From positions 4,484 through 68,483 of the forward strand of contig JBKBPM010000001.1 in assembly GCA_046293175.1 (NCBI GenBank): a stretch of 64,000 nt of DNA, given 5' to 3'. The notes below the pieces were generated by a model. That model did no database searches. It was given only the letters and a program-made list of their open reading frames with translations, and was not told where the DNA came from. This document shows positions 27,891 to 37,409 of the stretch, one piece after another (within the stretch, counting starts at the first letter, position 1; every line of letters begins with the position of its first letter). The stretch comes from Minisyncoccia bacterium. Lineage in GTDB: Bacteria > Patescibacteriota > Minisyncoccia > Phycocordibacterales > UBA918. Both the position numbers and the translations under genes were made by a program.

Positions 27891-29786
27891 ATGACGCAGT
27901 TTGACCCAGAAAAAATCACCTTCTTTGCCAAAACCGACGCTCGGGGGAAAGTTATACCCTTTGGTATCAAAGCCCGTGACCGTCAGCGACACATGTACGT
28001 CATCGGGAAGACAGGTATGGGTAAGTCGACCTTGCTTGAAAATATGGCTGCCCAAGATATCCAAAGTGGGGAAGGGATGGCTTTTATCGACCCGCACGGT
28101 TCAGCCGCCGAAAAGCTCCTTGAGTATATTCCGGAACATCGAGTAAACGACGTCATCTATTTTGCGCCATTTGATCTTGATAATCCAGTCTCGTTTAACG
28201 TGATGGAAGACGTTGGTCCAGATAAACGTCATCTCGTAGTGTCCGGCCTCATGTCGACCTTCAAGAAGATATGGGTTGATGCCTGGAGTGCCCGTATGGA
28301 GTACATTCTTACCAACGCGCTTTTGGCCCTCATTGAGTACCCTGATACAACACTCCTGTCAGTCAACCGTCTGTTTTCAGATAAGCACTTCCGCAACCGC
28401 GTCGTTGACTACGTGAAGGATCCAGCCGTAAAAGCTTTTTGGGTGGAAGAATTTGCGGCATATACCGATCGTTTTGCGGCTGAAGCCTTGCCAGCGATTC
28501 AAAACAAAATCGGTCAGTTTACGGGGAACCCCCTCATTCGTAATATCATCGGCCAACCACACTCAAGTTTTGATATTCGTAAAATTATGGATGAGAAAAA
28601 GATTCTCATTATTAACCTCTCTAAGGGGTTGGTAGGAGATACTAATGCGAACCTGCTTGGGTCCATGCTTACTACCCGTATTTACCTCGCGGCCATGAGT
28701 CGCGCTGACCTACTACCGGCGGTGATGAAGACAATGCCAAACTTCTACTTCTACGTGGACGAGTTTCAATCGTTTGCGAACGCCACTTTTGCGAATATTC
28801 TCTCTGAAGCGCGTAAGTACCATCTCAACCTCATTATTGCGCACCAGTACATCGAACAGATGGAAGAGGATGTCCGTAATGCGGTCTTTGGTAACGTCGG
28901 AACGACGGTAGCGTTTCGCGTTGGGCCATTTGATGCGGAGGTGCTCGAGACCATCTTCACGCCACGGTTTTTGGCAGCGGACCTCGTGAATCTTGGTGCC
29001 TATCAGATTTATCTGACACTCATGATTGATGGGATTGGCTCGCAACCATTTTCGGCCGTGACCTTGCCCGAGATCCCACCGCCACGGATTTCGTGTCGAG
29101 ATATGGTGATAGCGGCGAGCCGCAAGAACTTTGCGACTCCGCGTCCGATTGTCGAAAAAATCATCACCGATCTGCATACGCCAGTTGAACCACCAGTTAA
29201 GCCACCAAAGCCTGATATACCAAAAAGCGACACTCACAAAGGTGAAGTGAAGTCGACAGGTGCTTCGAGTTCTGCAAGTAGTAGTACACCAAAGACTGAC
29301 AAACCGGTACCAACCGCACCAGCCCGAATCGACCGGCCAGCTCCAAAGCCAAAGCCAAAACCAACCAATCGCCCGGTAGGCTCTGAAGCTAAACCGAAGC
29401 CGACACCAACCCCAGTTCCAACGGTGACCGCCGATGGGCTCAAGGCTGTGCTCGCTCGTATTGCTGCTGCGACCAACGATACCAATGGCAAGAAAGGCGA
29501 AGATAAGCCCGCAGCAGCAACGTCAAAGGTTGAAGCAACGGCACCAGCTACTGATCATCGAAGTGCCTTGCGGTCGGTGCTTGGTTCTGTACTTGAAACA
29601 GCGTCAGCGCCACAAATGACGGTACCTGCTCCAGTCGAAAAACCTGAACCAAATCCACAGTCAACAGCACCAGCTTCAGCTCCAGTAGCTCCTGATACTG
29701 CCTATATATCTGATGCGGCTGAACCAGATATCAAAGTGCTCAAAAAAATCCTCAGGAATGATGCTAAGGTCAAATCTCCATTTTGA
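27891..29786 (+). CDS. VirD4/TraD/HerA-like ATPase with Pro-rich tail
   Basis: HMYVIGKTGMGKST, IDPHG, YVDEFQSF, ILSEARKY..AHQYIEQ, GNVGT. Confidence 0.88.
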   Translation: MTQFDPEKITFFAKTDARGKVIPFGIKARDRQRHMYVIGKTGMGKSTLLENMAAQDIQSGEGMAFIDPHGSAAEKLLEYIPEHRVNDVIYFAPFDLDNPVSFNVMEDVGPDKRHLVVSGLMSTFKKIWVDAWSARMEYILTNALLALIEYPDTTLLSVNRLFSDKHFRNRVVDYVKDPAVKAFWVEEFAAYTDRFAAEALPAIQNKIGQFTGNPLIRNIIGQPHSSFDIRKIMDEKKILIINLSKGLVGDTNANLLGSMLTTRIYLAAMSRADLLPAVMKTMPNFYFYVDEFQSFANATFANILSEARKYHLNLIIAHQYIEQMEEDVRNAVFGNVGTTVAFRVGPFDAEVLETIFTPRFLAADLVNLGAYQIYLTLMIDGIGSQPFSAVTLPEIPPPRISCRDMVIAASRKNFATPRPIVEKIITDLHTPVEPPVKPPKPDIPKSDTHKGEVKSTGASSSASSSTPKTDKPVPTAPARIDRPAPKPKPKPTNRPVGSEAKPKPTPTPVPTVTADGLKAVLARIAAATNDTNGKKGEDKPAAATSKVEATAPATDHRSALRSVLGSVLETASAPQMTVPAPVEKPEPNPQSTAPASAPVAPDTAYISDAAEPDIKVLKKILRNDAKVKSPF

Positions 29787-29948
29787 GAACCTAGGACATC
29801 GGATGTTCTAGGTTCTCAAAACACGCTCTTGTCAGAGAGAGAAAGGTGAGTTGTTTTTTGCCCAAAATAACAAAACCCTCGCGACTATACACAGGTGTCC
29901 CTATCCGTGACCGACTGTGGTCAGAAGAGAGGAGTACAATATACTTAT

Positions 29949-30062
29949 ATGGCAAACAACGAGCAAAATTTTGACTTCGATTTACCAACTGTCGTAAGTA
30001 ACGCACCAGCCACACCACGAGTACATATTGGTGGGGATGTTTGTGTCGCTTGCGAAGGCTAA
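29949..30062 (+). CDS. 37-aa peptide MANNEQNFDFDLPTVVSNAPATPRVHIGGDVCVACEG
   Basis: TACAAT 8 nt upstream, ATG..TAA, followed by a perfect palindrome at 30079-30120; not in ORF track. Confidence 0.7.
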   Translation: MANNEQNFDFDLPTVVSNAPATPRVHIGGDVCVACEG

Positions 30063-30158
30063 TTATTACACTAGGTTGACAACACGGGCGGAAACCAAAT
30101 TTGGTTTCCGCCCGTGTTGTCACTATTTTGGAGGTTTTCTGGTACTATAGAAGCGCAT

Positions 30159-31601
30159 ATGGCAAAACTGATTGTGGTGACCGGTGGGGCAGGGTTTGTA
30201 GGCTCACACCTCTGTGAGCGTTTGGTACATGATGGTCACCGGGTAATTTCCCTTGATAACTATTTCACCGGTAGTACGGCAAATCATGTAGAAGGGGTCG
30301 AGTACCGTACCGGTCACACCAAAGACATCGCTTCTCTTGTACCGGAAACACCAGATATTATTTTCCACCTCGGCGAATATGCTCGAACGGAGAAGAGTTT
30401 TGAAGATATTGAAATTGTCTTTGATCTCAACAAGACCGGCACCTTTGCGGTCCTTGAGTATGCCAGACGAACCAAGGCGAAGCTCATCTACGCCGGATCG
30501 TCGACTAAGTTTGCCGATGGCGGTAGCGGTCGCAATCAAAGCCCGTACGCCTGGAGTAAGGCGACTAACACGGAACTGGTAGAAAATTATGCAGAGTGGT
30601 TTGGTCTCAATTACGCCATCACGTATTTCTACAATGTGTATGGTCCACGCGAGATGAGTGGGGCGTATGGTACCCTCATTAAAATCTTTAGTGACCTCTA
30701 CAAGAGCGGGCAGCCATTGACCGTCACGGCACCCGGTACCCAGACCCGCAACTTTACCCATGTCGAAGATATCGTGAATGGTCTTGTGCTCGTCGGTGAA
30801 AAGGGTCAAGGGGATGGTTACGGTATCGGCGCAGACGAGATGTACGGTGTACTAGAGGTAGCCAACATGTTTGGTGGTGAGATAATCATGCTGCCTGAGC
30901 GCAAGGGTAATCGGCTCCAAGGTGGTGTCGATAATGCACAAGTAAAGGCGCTTGGCTGGCAGCAAAAGCATCGCTTGCCAGACTGGATTGAAGCCGTGAA
31001 GAAAGAAGTCGGGGCGGTAGTGCCACAAGAACAGCGCATCTTGGTTTTTTCGACTACCTTCTACCCACACGCCGGTCCAGCCGAGCATGCGCTCTGCGAT
31101 CTGATGCGCGCCTTACCACACGTGCAGTTTGATGTGGTCACCACAAAGTTCTCCAAAGACACGATGGGGGATGCCTGCGATATTCCAAATGTCACCCTCT
31201 ACCGGGTTGGGGTCGGGCGGCCACTAGACAAGTACCTCCTCCCGCTCGCGGGGGCAAGGATAGCGAGCCGTTTACGCCGCCAGCACTCGTATATGTTTAA
31301 GTGGTCACTGTTTGCGAGTTACGGTGCACTCGCATCCCTCTTATCCTTTGGGCCACATATCCCGCACCTCATTACGCTTGCTGATCAGAAGCTCGGAAAT
31401 ATTCCCTGGTTTACTCGTGTGGTACTAAGGCATGTGCTTGGCACTGCAGACCAGGTCTACGCTATGGATACCTATGAAGCGAAGAGTGCGGTCTCGCTTG
31501 CGAAGCGTACCACCCTTGTCCGCTCGATTGGTCAAGGTGATGCCTTCGCAAACCAGCTCCGCGTCGCCTATGGTAACTATCTTCGTGCGCGGATAAAGTA
31601 A
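30159..31601 (+). CDS. NDP-sugar epimerase/dehydratase fused to a GT4 N-terminal domain
   Basis: TGGAGFVGS, SPYAWSK, NVYGP, RNFTHVED; then ILVFSTTFYPHAGPAE, similar to the start of the next gene. Confidence 0.85.
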   Translation: MAKLIVVTGGAGFVGSHLCERLVHDGHRVISLDNYFTGSTANHVEGVEYRTGHTKDIASLVPETPDIIFHLGEYARTEKSFEDIEIVFDLNKTGTFAVLEYARRTKAKLIYAGSSTKFADGGSGRNQSPYAWSKATNTELVENYAEWFGLNYAITYFYNVYGPREMSGAYGTLIKIFSDLYKSGQPLTVTAPGTQTRNFTHVEDIVNGLVLVGEKGQGDGYGIGADEMYGVLEVANMFGGEIIMLPERKGNRLQGGVDNAQVKALGWQQKHRLPDWIEAVKKEVGAVVPQEQRILVFSTTFYPHAGPAEHALCDLMRALPHVQFDVVTTKFSKDTMGDACDIPNVTLYRVGVGRPLDKYLLPLAGARIASRLRRQHSYMFKWSLFASYGALASLLSFGPHIPHLITLADQKLGNIPWFTRVVLRHVLGTADQVYAMDTYEAKSAVSLAKRTTLVRSIGQGDAFANQLRVAYGNYLRARIK

Positions 31602-31603
31602 TT

Positions 31604-32812
31604 ATGAAAAGGAAAATTCTTATCTTTTCGCTTGGATACTACCCAAAGCACATCGGAGGCGCTGAGGTCGCCATCAAAGAAATTACCGACCGACTCTCAC
31701 CAGAGGAATACGAATTTCATGTGCTCTGTAATCGGTACGATAGTACCTTGCCAAAGGAAGAACACATTGGGAACGTGATGGTGCATCGCATTGGTCTCAC
31801 AAAGAAAAATCCGACCATGGGAGATTTGCGGAAGCTTCCACTCCATCTCAACAAAATCATCTACCAATTTTCGGCTTACTATACCGCGAAGCGTCTCCAC
31901 AAGCATTATCACTTTGATGCGATTTGGGCGATGATGGCACATAGTTGTGGAGTGCCAGCGGGGATGTTCAAAAAACGGTTCCCGGGGGTACCGTATGTGC
32001 TGACGCTCCAAGAAGGCGATCCACCAGAGTACATCGAGCAAAAAATGAAAATATTTGGCAAGCTCTTCCCGGAGGGATTTTCTCGGGCTGATGTCATTCA
32101 ATCTATTTCGACCTTTCTCCAGGGCTGGGCACTCCATATGGGCTTTCGTGGTAAGCAAGTGATTATCCCAAATGCGGTTGATACGAAGAAGTTTATGGTG
32201 GAGCTTTCAGCTGAACGACGACAAGAACTACGACAAGAATTAGGTCTCGCTGAAAACGATATCGTTCTCGTCACCACTTCACGCCTGGTGCATAAAAACG
32301 CGGTAGATGACGTGATCAAAGCGATGGCACTTTTGCCAGCTGAGGTGAAGTTTATTGTCTTTGGCATTGGGCCAGACGAAGACAAACTCAAGTCCTTGAT
32401 TGCTGACCTCAAGCTTGGTGATCGGGTTTCGCTCCGCGGTCAGATTGGTCACGATGTGATGCCAAGCTACCTCAAGGCCTGCGATATCTTTATTCGACCG
32501 TCACGCAGTGAGGGGATGGGGAACTCATTTGTAGAAGCCATGGCGGCTGAGCTACCGGTGATTGCAACTCAAGAGGGTGGTATTGCCGATTTTCTATTTG
32601 ACCGAAACCTCAATCCGGATAAAGAGACGACCGGCTTTGCCGTCCGCAAAGATAATCCCGAAGATATTGCGACTGCTGTGCGTGAGATTATGGCCAACCC
32701 GGAATTTGTTGCCGACGTGGTGGCGACCGCCAAAGCCATGGCCATTCGTGATTATGATTGGGATATTATAGCCAAGCGGATGCATGATGAAGTTTTCCAA
32801 CCATTGTGGTAG
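31604..32812 (+). CDS. GT4 glycosyltransferase
   Basis: GGAE, IIPNAVD, PSRSEGMGNSFVEAMA. Confidence 0.92.
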   Translation: MKRKILIFSLGYYPKHIGGAEVAIKEITDRLSPEEYEFHVLCNRYDSTLPKEEHIGNVMVHRIGLTKKNPTMGDLRKLPLHLNKIIYQFSAYYTAKRLHKHYHFDAIWAMMAHSCGVPAGMFKKRFPGVPYVLTLQEGDPPEYIEQKMKIFGKLFPEGFSRADVIQSISTFLQGWALHMGFRGKQVIIPNAVDTKKFMVELSAERRQELRQELGLAENDIVLVTTSRLVHKNAVDDVIKAMALLPAEVKFIVFGIGPDEDKLKSLIADLKLGDRVSLRGQIGHDVMPSYLKACDIFIRPSRSEGMGNSFVEAMAAELPVIATQEGGIADFLFDRNLNPDKETTGFAVRKDNPEDIATAVREIMANPEFVADVVATAKAMAIRDYDWDIIAKRMHDEVFQPLW

Positions 32813-33040
32813 GTGAGTTCGTCCAAAAATCCTTCAGACTTTGTTGCGCTACACTCAGAAACACTCATCGTTAGAAAGTCTGGGAGAATTTCGCAAGAGG
32901 TTGCCAGCTATTTTGAAAAAAGCGACAACCTGTACAGCTTCTGTAAGAAGTGTCTATATACGCTTCATACTTCCTCACTCGCGCTTCGCGTCTATGGAGC
33001 TTCTGAGACCATACTCTTTAGATTTCTGAGGGATTTTTGG
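32813..33040. repeat. Non-coding nested-hairpin (MITE-like) element
   Basis: IR CCAAAAATCCTTCAGA/TCTGAGGGATTTTTGG; internal hairpins; motif shared with the tRNA inserts. Confidence 0.6.
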
Positions 33041-33071
33041 CAGGCGTTAATCGTGATATAGTAGAATTCTT

Positions 33072-34199
33072 ATGAAGATTCTATTGGCGGCCGGACTATA
33101 TCCACCAGATATTGGTGGGCCGGCCCGCTATGCTGAGATGATAGCGACGAGACTACCAGCAGAAGGAATGGCGGTTACGGTGGTGCCGTATCGAGAGGTG
33201 CGGAGTGTTCCAAAAATCTTTCGGCATCTCGCCTATACCTGGCGACTGTGGCGTGCCAGTCGGGGCGTATCTGTAGTCTACGCGCTTGATCCAATCAGTG
33301 TTGGGGTGCCAGCAGCAATCGTGTCCTTCCTCCGCGGGCTACCACTGGTGGTCCGACTTGGTGGCGACTACGCGTGGGAGCAAGGAGTCCAGCGTTTTGG
33401 TGTGACTAAGACGCTTGATGCCTATACAAAAGACCCGCATCAGGTCAGATTGCCCGTGCGGATACTAGCCGGGATACAAGCACAGGTGGTGAGGCGGGCT
33501 AAAGCGGTAGTGGTCCCAAGCCAGTACCTCAAAGGGGTTGTGGCGACCTGGGGTGTTGCGCCCTCGCGACTACATGTCATCTACAGTGCGCATACGGTTG
33601 AGCCACTCAAAGACAGCCGCAATGATCTGCGAGCCCAATTAGGTTTTGCCGATCAAACTATCGTGAGCATTAGTCGCCTCACACCATGGAAAGGCATGAG
33701 TGCGCTCCTTGATATGATGGTGGAGCGAAAAGCACGCGGTGACGCAACCAAACTCGTCATTGGTGGAGATGGGCCTGAGCGGGCACCGCTTGAAGCAAAA
33801 ATAAAAACCCTGGGACTTGAGTCGTCTGTGCGGATGGTTGGGGCATTGTCGTTTACTGACGTCTTTCGATATGTGACTGCTGCGGATGTGTTTGTGCTTA
33901 ATACCGCGTACGAAGGACTATCACATCATCTCATTGAAGCACTTGCGCTTGGGACACCGGTCGTGACCACACCGGTTGGCGGGAATCCCGAATTGATCAC
34001 TGATGGGGTGGAGGGACTCTTGGTAGGGGTAAATGACGTGTCGGCCCTTGATACAGCGATTGAAAAAATCCTCACTGATAGTGCCTTGCGAGACAGGCTC
34101 GTTGCCGCCGGTCAAAAGAAGGCAGCCCAGTTTGCGGCGGCAGATGCGATTATGCCTATCAAACAACTTTTGGAGCGTATAATCAGTACTAAGGCATAA
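33072..34199 (+). CDS. GT4 glycosyltransferase
   Basis: YPPDIGGPA, RLTPWKG, YEGLSHHLIEA. Confidence 0.92.
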   Translation: MKILLAAGLYPPDIGGPARYAEMIATRLPAEGMAVTVVPYREVRSVPKIFRHLAYTWRLWRASRGVSVVYALDPISVGVPAAIVSFLRGLPLVVRLGGDYAWEQGVQRFGVTKTLDAYTKDPHQVRLPVRILAGIQAQVVRRAKAVVVPSQYLKGVVATWGVAPSRLHVIYSAHTVEPLKDSRNDLRAQLGFADQTIVSISRLTPWKGMSALLDMMVERKARGDATKLVIGGDGPERAPLEAKIKTLGLESSVRMVGALSFTDVFRYVTAADVFVLNTAYEGLSHHLIEALALGTPVVTTPVGGNPELITDGVEGLLVGVNDVSALDTAIEKILTDSALRDRLVAAGQKKAAQFAAADAIMPIKQLLERIISTKA

Positions 34200-34207
34200 C
34201 CTCTTAT

Positions 34208-35353
34208 ATGCATGTAGTCTCTCTCGGCCACGATACAAAGATATTTGACTCGACCTCGCGGCCGTACGGGAGGCAAGTGGCCTATGCCAAAAAAGCCGGG
34301 CAGCTCTCGATGTTGATTCCGACCCATACATCCTATCCCACGGTGACGACAGAGGGTTTTGTGGTTGAGGCAGTGGCCGCCCGTCTCGCACCGGTATGCT
34401 TCATAAAGCTCCTCGTCAGGACGCTACAAGTGGTCTCTCATGCCAAAAAGAATGAGAAGGTGGTCCTCACCGTTCAAAGCCCGTTTGAGCTTGGATTGAT
34501 TGGACTTATTGTTTCAAGGTGGGGTCGTGTACCACTGGAGGTTCAGGTTCATGGTGATTTTTACAGTCGGGAGTATTGGCGTCTCGAATCGCGCGGTAAC
34601 CGCATCCGCTATCAGCTTGGGTTGTTTGTGCTGCGCAGAGCCAATCGGGTGCGAGTAGTAGGGGAGCGGATCCGAACGTCACTCGTTAGTCGCAAAGTGG
34701 CGCGAGAGAAGATTACTGTCTTGCCAATTCAGACGGCACTCACTTCATTTTTGGAAGCTTCACCCCGACCACTCTGGCCAGACACCAATCGACTCACGAT
34801 TATTTCGGTCGCCCGCTTCTCACGTGAGAAAAATCTTTCCATGTTGCTACAGGCTTTTAAGTCTGTTAATCAGGTACATTCTGATACACAGTTGGTGCTC
34901 GTTGGTGAAGGCGGAGAAGAGAAAAAACTCCGGGCAGAGATTGCCGCTCTTTGGCCGAATCATGATGCTCCAGTACTTATATACCCGTGGCAGTCAGATG
35001 TGGCGGCCGTTATGAAAGCGGCAGATATCTTTGTCCTCACCTCTGACTACGAAGGGTATGCGATGGTGCTTGGTGAAGCTATGGCGGCGGGTCTACCGAT
35101 TGTGACGACAGACGTCGGATGTGTCGGTGAACTTTGTCTCCCCGATGTGCATGCACTGGTGGTACCACCGCGTGATGAAGCCTCATTGGCTGCTGCACTC
35201 ACCACCTTGGCGACTGATACTGATCTGCGTACACGTATAGCAGCAGCTGGGATGGTGACGGTAAGGTCGATGGAACAAAGTGACGAGGTATACACCAGTC
35301 AGATTGTCGCTGGTTGGAGTAGCCTTGTGAAGTTGGAAAGAAAAGGACCCTGA
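34208..35353 (+). CDS. GT4 glycosyltransferase
   Basis: RFSREKN, TSDYEGYAMVLGEAMA. Confidence 0.92.
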   Translation: MHVVSLGHDTKIFDSTSRPYGRQVAYAKKAGQLSMLIPTHTSYPTVTTEGFVVEAVAARLAPVCFIKLLVRTLQVVSHAKKNEKVVLTVQSPFELGLIGLIVSRWGRVPLEVQVHGDFYSREYWRLESRGNRIRYQLGLFVLRRANRVRVVGERIRTSLVSRKVAREKITVLPIQTALTSFLEASPRPLWPDTNRLTIISVARFSREKNLSMLLQAFKSVNQVHSDTQLVLVGEGGEEKKLRAEIAALWPNHDAPVLIYPWQSDVAAVMKAADIFVLTSDYEGYAMVLGEAMAAGLPIVTTDVGCVGELCLPDVHALVVPPRDEASLAAALTTLATDTDLRTRIAAAGMVTVRSMEQSDEVYTSQIVAGWSSLVKLERKGP

Positions 35354-35431
35354 CGGGACGAAACCCGGCAGGGGACTTTTTGTTGTGATGTCTATATAAT
35401 AGCAATATCTGTTGTGTTGTTAAGATTCAAC

Positions 35432-36481
35432 ATGAAAAAGAAACTCCTCATCATCACGCAGGTTGTTGATACCAAGCATCCAATCTTGGGCTTTTTTCAT
35501 GGTTGGATTGAGGAATTTGCAAAGCAGTGTGAGCAGGTTCACGTGATTGCTCTACAAGTCGGAATACACAATCTTCCGAGTAATGTGACTGTACACTCCC
35601 TTGGTAAAGAAGCGGGCGAGAGTCGTCTTAAATATCTGTGGCGATTTTATCGAACAATTTATACACTCCGGCATGAGTACGACGCGGTGTTTGTGCATAT
35701 GAATCAGGTGTACGTGATTTTGGGTGGACTCCTCTGGCGACTTTGGGGCAAGCAAATTGGTCTTTGGTATGCGCATGGCGCGGTTTCACTTTCGCTGCGA
35801 GTGGCGACGTGGCTCACCCATATTGTTTTCACCTCCACCCCACAGGGCTTTCGTATAAAATCCCCTAAGGTGGTAGTGACCGGGCAGGGGATTGATATGA
35901 GCCGCTTTCGGTATGTCCCGCGTACAGAGTTTTCAATGTTGCGCCTTTTGGTTGTCGGACGGATTGCCGAATCAAAGGGCATCAAGACGCTCCTTGAAGC
36001 GTGTCACCGGCTTAAAGAATCAGGTATACCATTTTTGTTTACGATTGTCGGAGCGGCGACAACCGAGACGGAACGGCAGTATGAAGCTACGCTCCACGAG
36101 TACTGCAAAAACAACGGACTTGAGTCGCAGGTAATTTGGCATGGCGGTGTAGCTCAGACAGAACTACCAGCTCTCCTTGCCGCCACCGATATTTTTATTC
36201 ACGACGGTGCCACTAACAGTCTTGATAAGGTACTGGTCGAGGCGGTGGCTTGTGGGGTGCCAGTGATTTCCTCAAATCCTTCGTACCGCTACATCATGGG
36301 GGAGAACGAATGGCCCATCTTTTTTCCGCCGCGTGATAGTGTCTCTCTCGCTACAAAAATCACTGAGCTTGCGAACCGATCCCTGTTTGACAAGAACGAG
36401 TTTACACGAGCTACTGCCGCAAAAGTGCAACAGGAGCATAGTCTTTCAAATTTGATTGCAAAGATTTTGGATAGTTATTAA
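35432..36481 (+). CDS. GT4 glycosyltransferase
   Basis: GRIAESKG, SLDKVLVEAVACG. Confidence 0.9.
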   Translation: MKKKLLIITQVVDTKHPILGFFHGWIEEFAKQCEQVHVIALQVGIHNLPSNVTVHSLGKEAGESRLKYLWRFYRTIYTLRHEYDAVFVHMNQVYVILGGLLWRLWGKQIGLWYAHGAVSLSLRVATWLTHIVFTSTPQGFRIKSPKVVVTGQGIDMSRFRYVPRTEFSMLRLLVVGRIAESKGIKTLLEACHRLKESGIPFLFTIVGAATTETERQYEATLHEYCKNNGLESQVIWHGGVAQTELPALLAATDIFIHDGATNSLDKVLVEAVACGVPVISSNPSYRYIMGENEWPIFFPPRDSVSLATKITELANRSLFDKNEFTRATAAKVQQEHSLSNLIAKILDSY

Positions 36482-36593
36482 TAGACTTTGATTTCGTTGA
36501 TTATACAGATTTATTCATTGTGGAATTTATGTAGGGGGGGGGTAGAATAGGATTATTATAATGATGTAAAAGTTATTAGATTATCTTTACCCT

Positions 36594-37286
36594 ATGAAGA
36601 ATGTATTAATAATATTTTGTTTCTTCTTTCTATTCATAAATCATGTAAGCGCAGAGACGGTAACCATTTATGGTTCAACCGGCGATGGCCATCTTGGCAC
36701 ACCTTGGGGTGTAAATGATTGGACAGGTCAGCGAATGGCAACAACTGGTAGAGATGTAGATTACACCGGTTCGCAAGTCGAGGTACTTTCATTTATCGGT
36801 AGTCCATCTACTTGGACTTCAATTTACCGCGGATTTCTAGTGTTTGATACTTCCGTGATACCAGATAATGCTGAAATCATCAGTGCCTCAACGAGTATAT
36901 ACACTAATGTTGTGCATAATGATGATAACGATACATATGCATATATGGGCTTGTATCAAGGAATGCAAAACTCTACGAGCAGTATCGATGTTGGTGATAT
37001 TGATCAATGCTCAGATTCCCTGAACAGCCCAACTGCAGGTGCTGCAACAATTGATATAGACAATTTTTCAGTCAATACATATAGCACTTTTGGTCTAAAT
37101 TCAACTGGAAAAAGTTGGATAGACAAAGCGGGTTATACAAAACTTTGTTTCCGGGAAGGTCATGACGCGGGTAATGATCAAATTTCTGGTGGACAGTATA
37201 CCTATTCGGGTTTCAGATTTAGATCAGCTGAAGCTGCAGGAACCAGCACGGATCCGTATATGAAGATAGAGTACATACTTCCTTAG
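36594..37286 (+). CDS. Secreted beta-rich protein (possible DNRLRE/CBM96-like domain)
   Basis: Signal peptide, RGFLVFDTSVIPDNAEIISA, SAEAAGTSTDPYMKIEY; AT-rich flanks. Confidence 0.6.
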   Translation: MKNVLIIFCFFFLFINHVSAETVTIYGSTGDGHLGTPWGVNDWTGQRMATTGRDVDYTGSQVEVLSFIGSPSTWTSIYRGFLVFDTSVIPDNAEIISASTSIYTNVVHNDDNDTYAYMGLYQGMQNSTSSIDVGDIDQCSDSLNSPTAGAATIDIDNFSVNTYSTFGLNSTGKSWIDKAGYTKLCFREGHDAGNDQISGGQYTYSGFRFRSAEAAGTSTDPYMKIEYILP

Positions 37287-37409
37287 ATAAATAAAATTAT
37301 ATTTAAAACACCCTTATGTAAGGGTGTTTTAAATAAATTTCATCATGCCACTAGACAAAACCTAGCAGGCAACTTTAAAAATTGTTACTATACAAAGAAT
37401 AAATTCAGT

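Noticed and set aside
27891-29786. Conjugative element
   Set aside because: No relaxase or mating-pair genes; lone VirD4-like ATPases are usual in CPR chromosomes.
29820-29935. Possible ncRNA upstream of the CVACEG peptide
   Set aside because: Only weak stems and no recognisable family motif.
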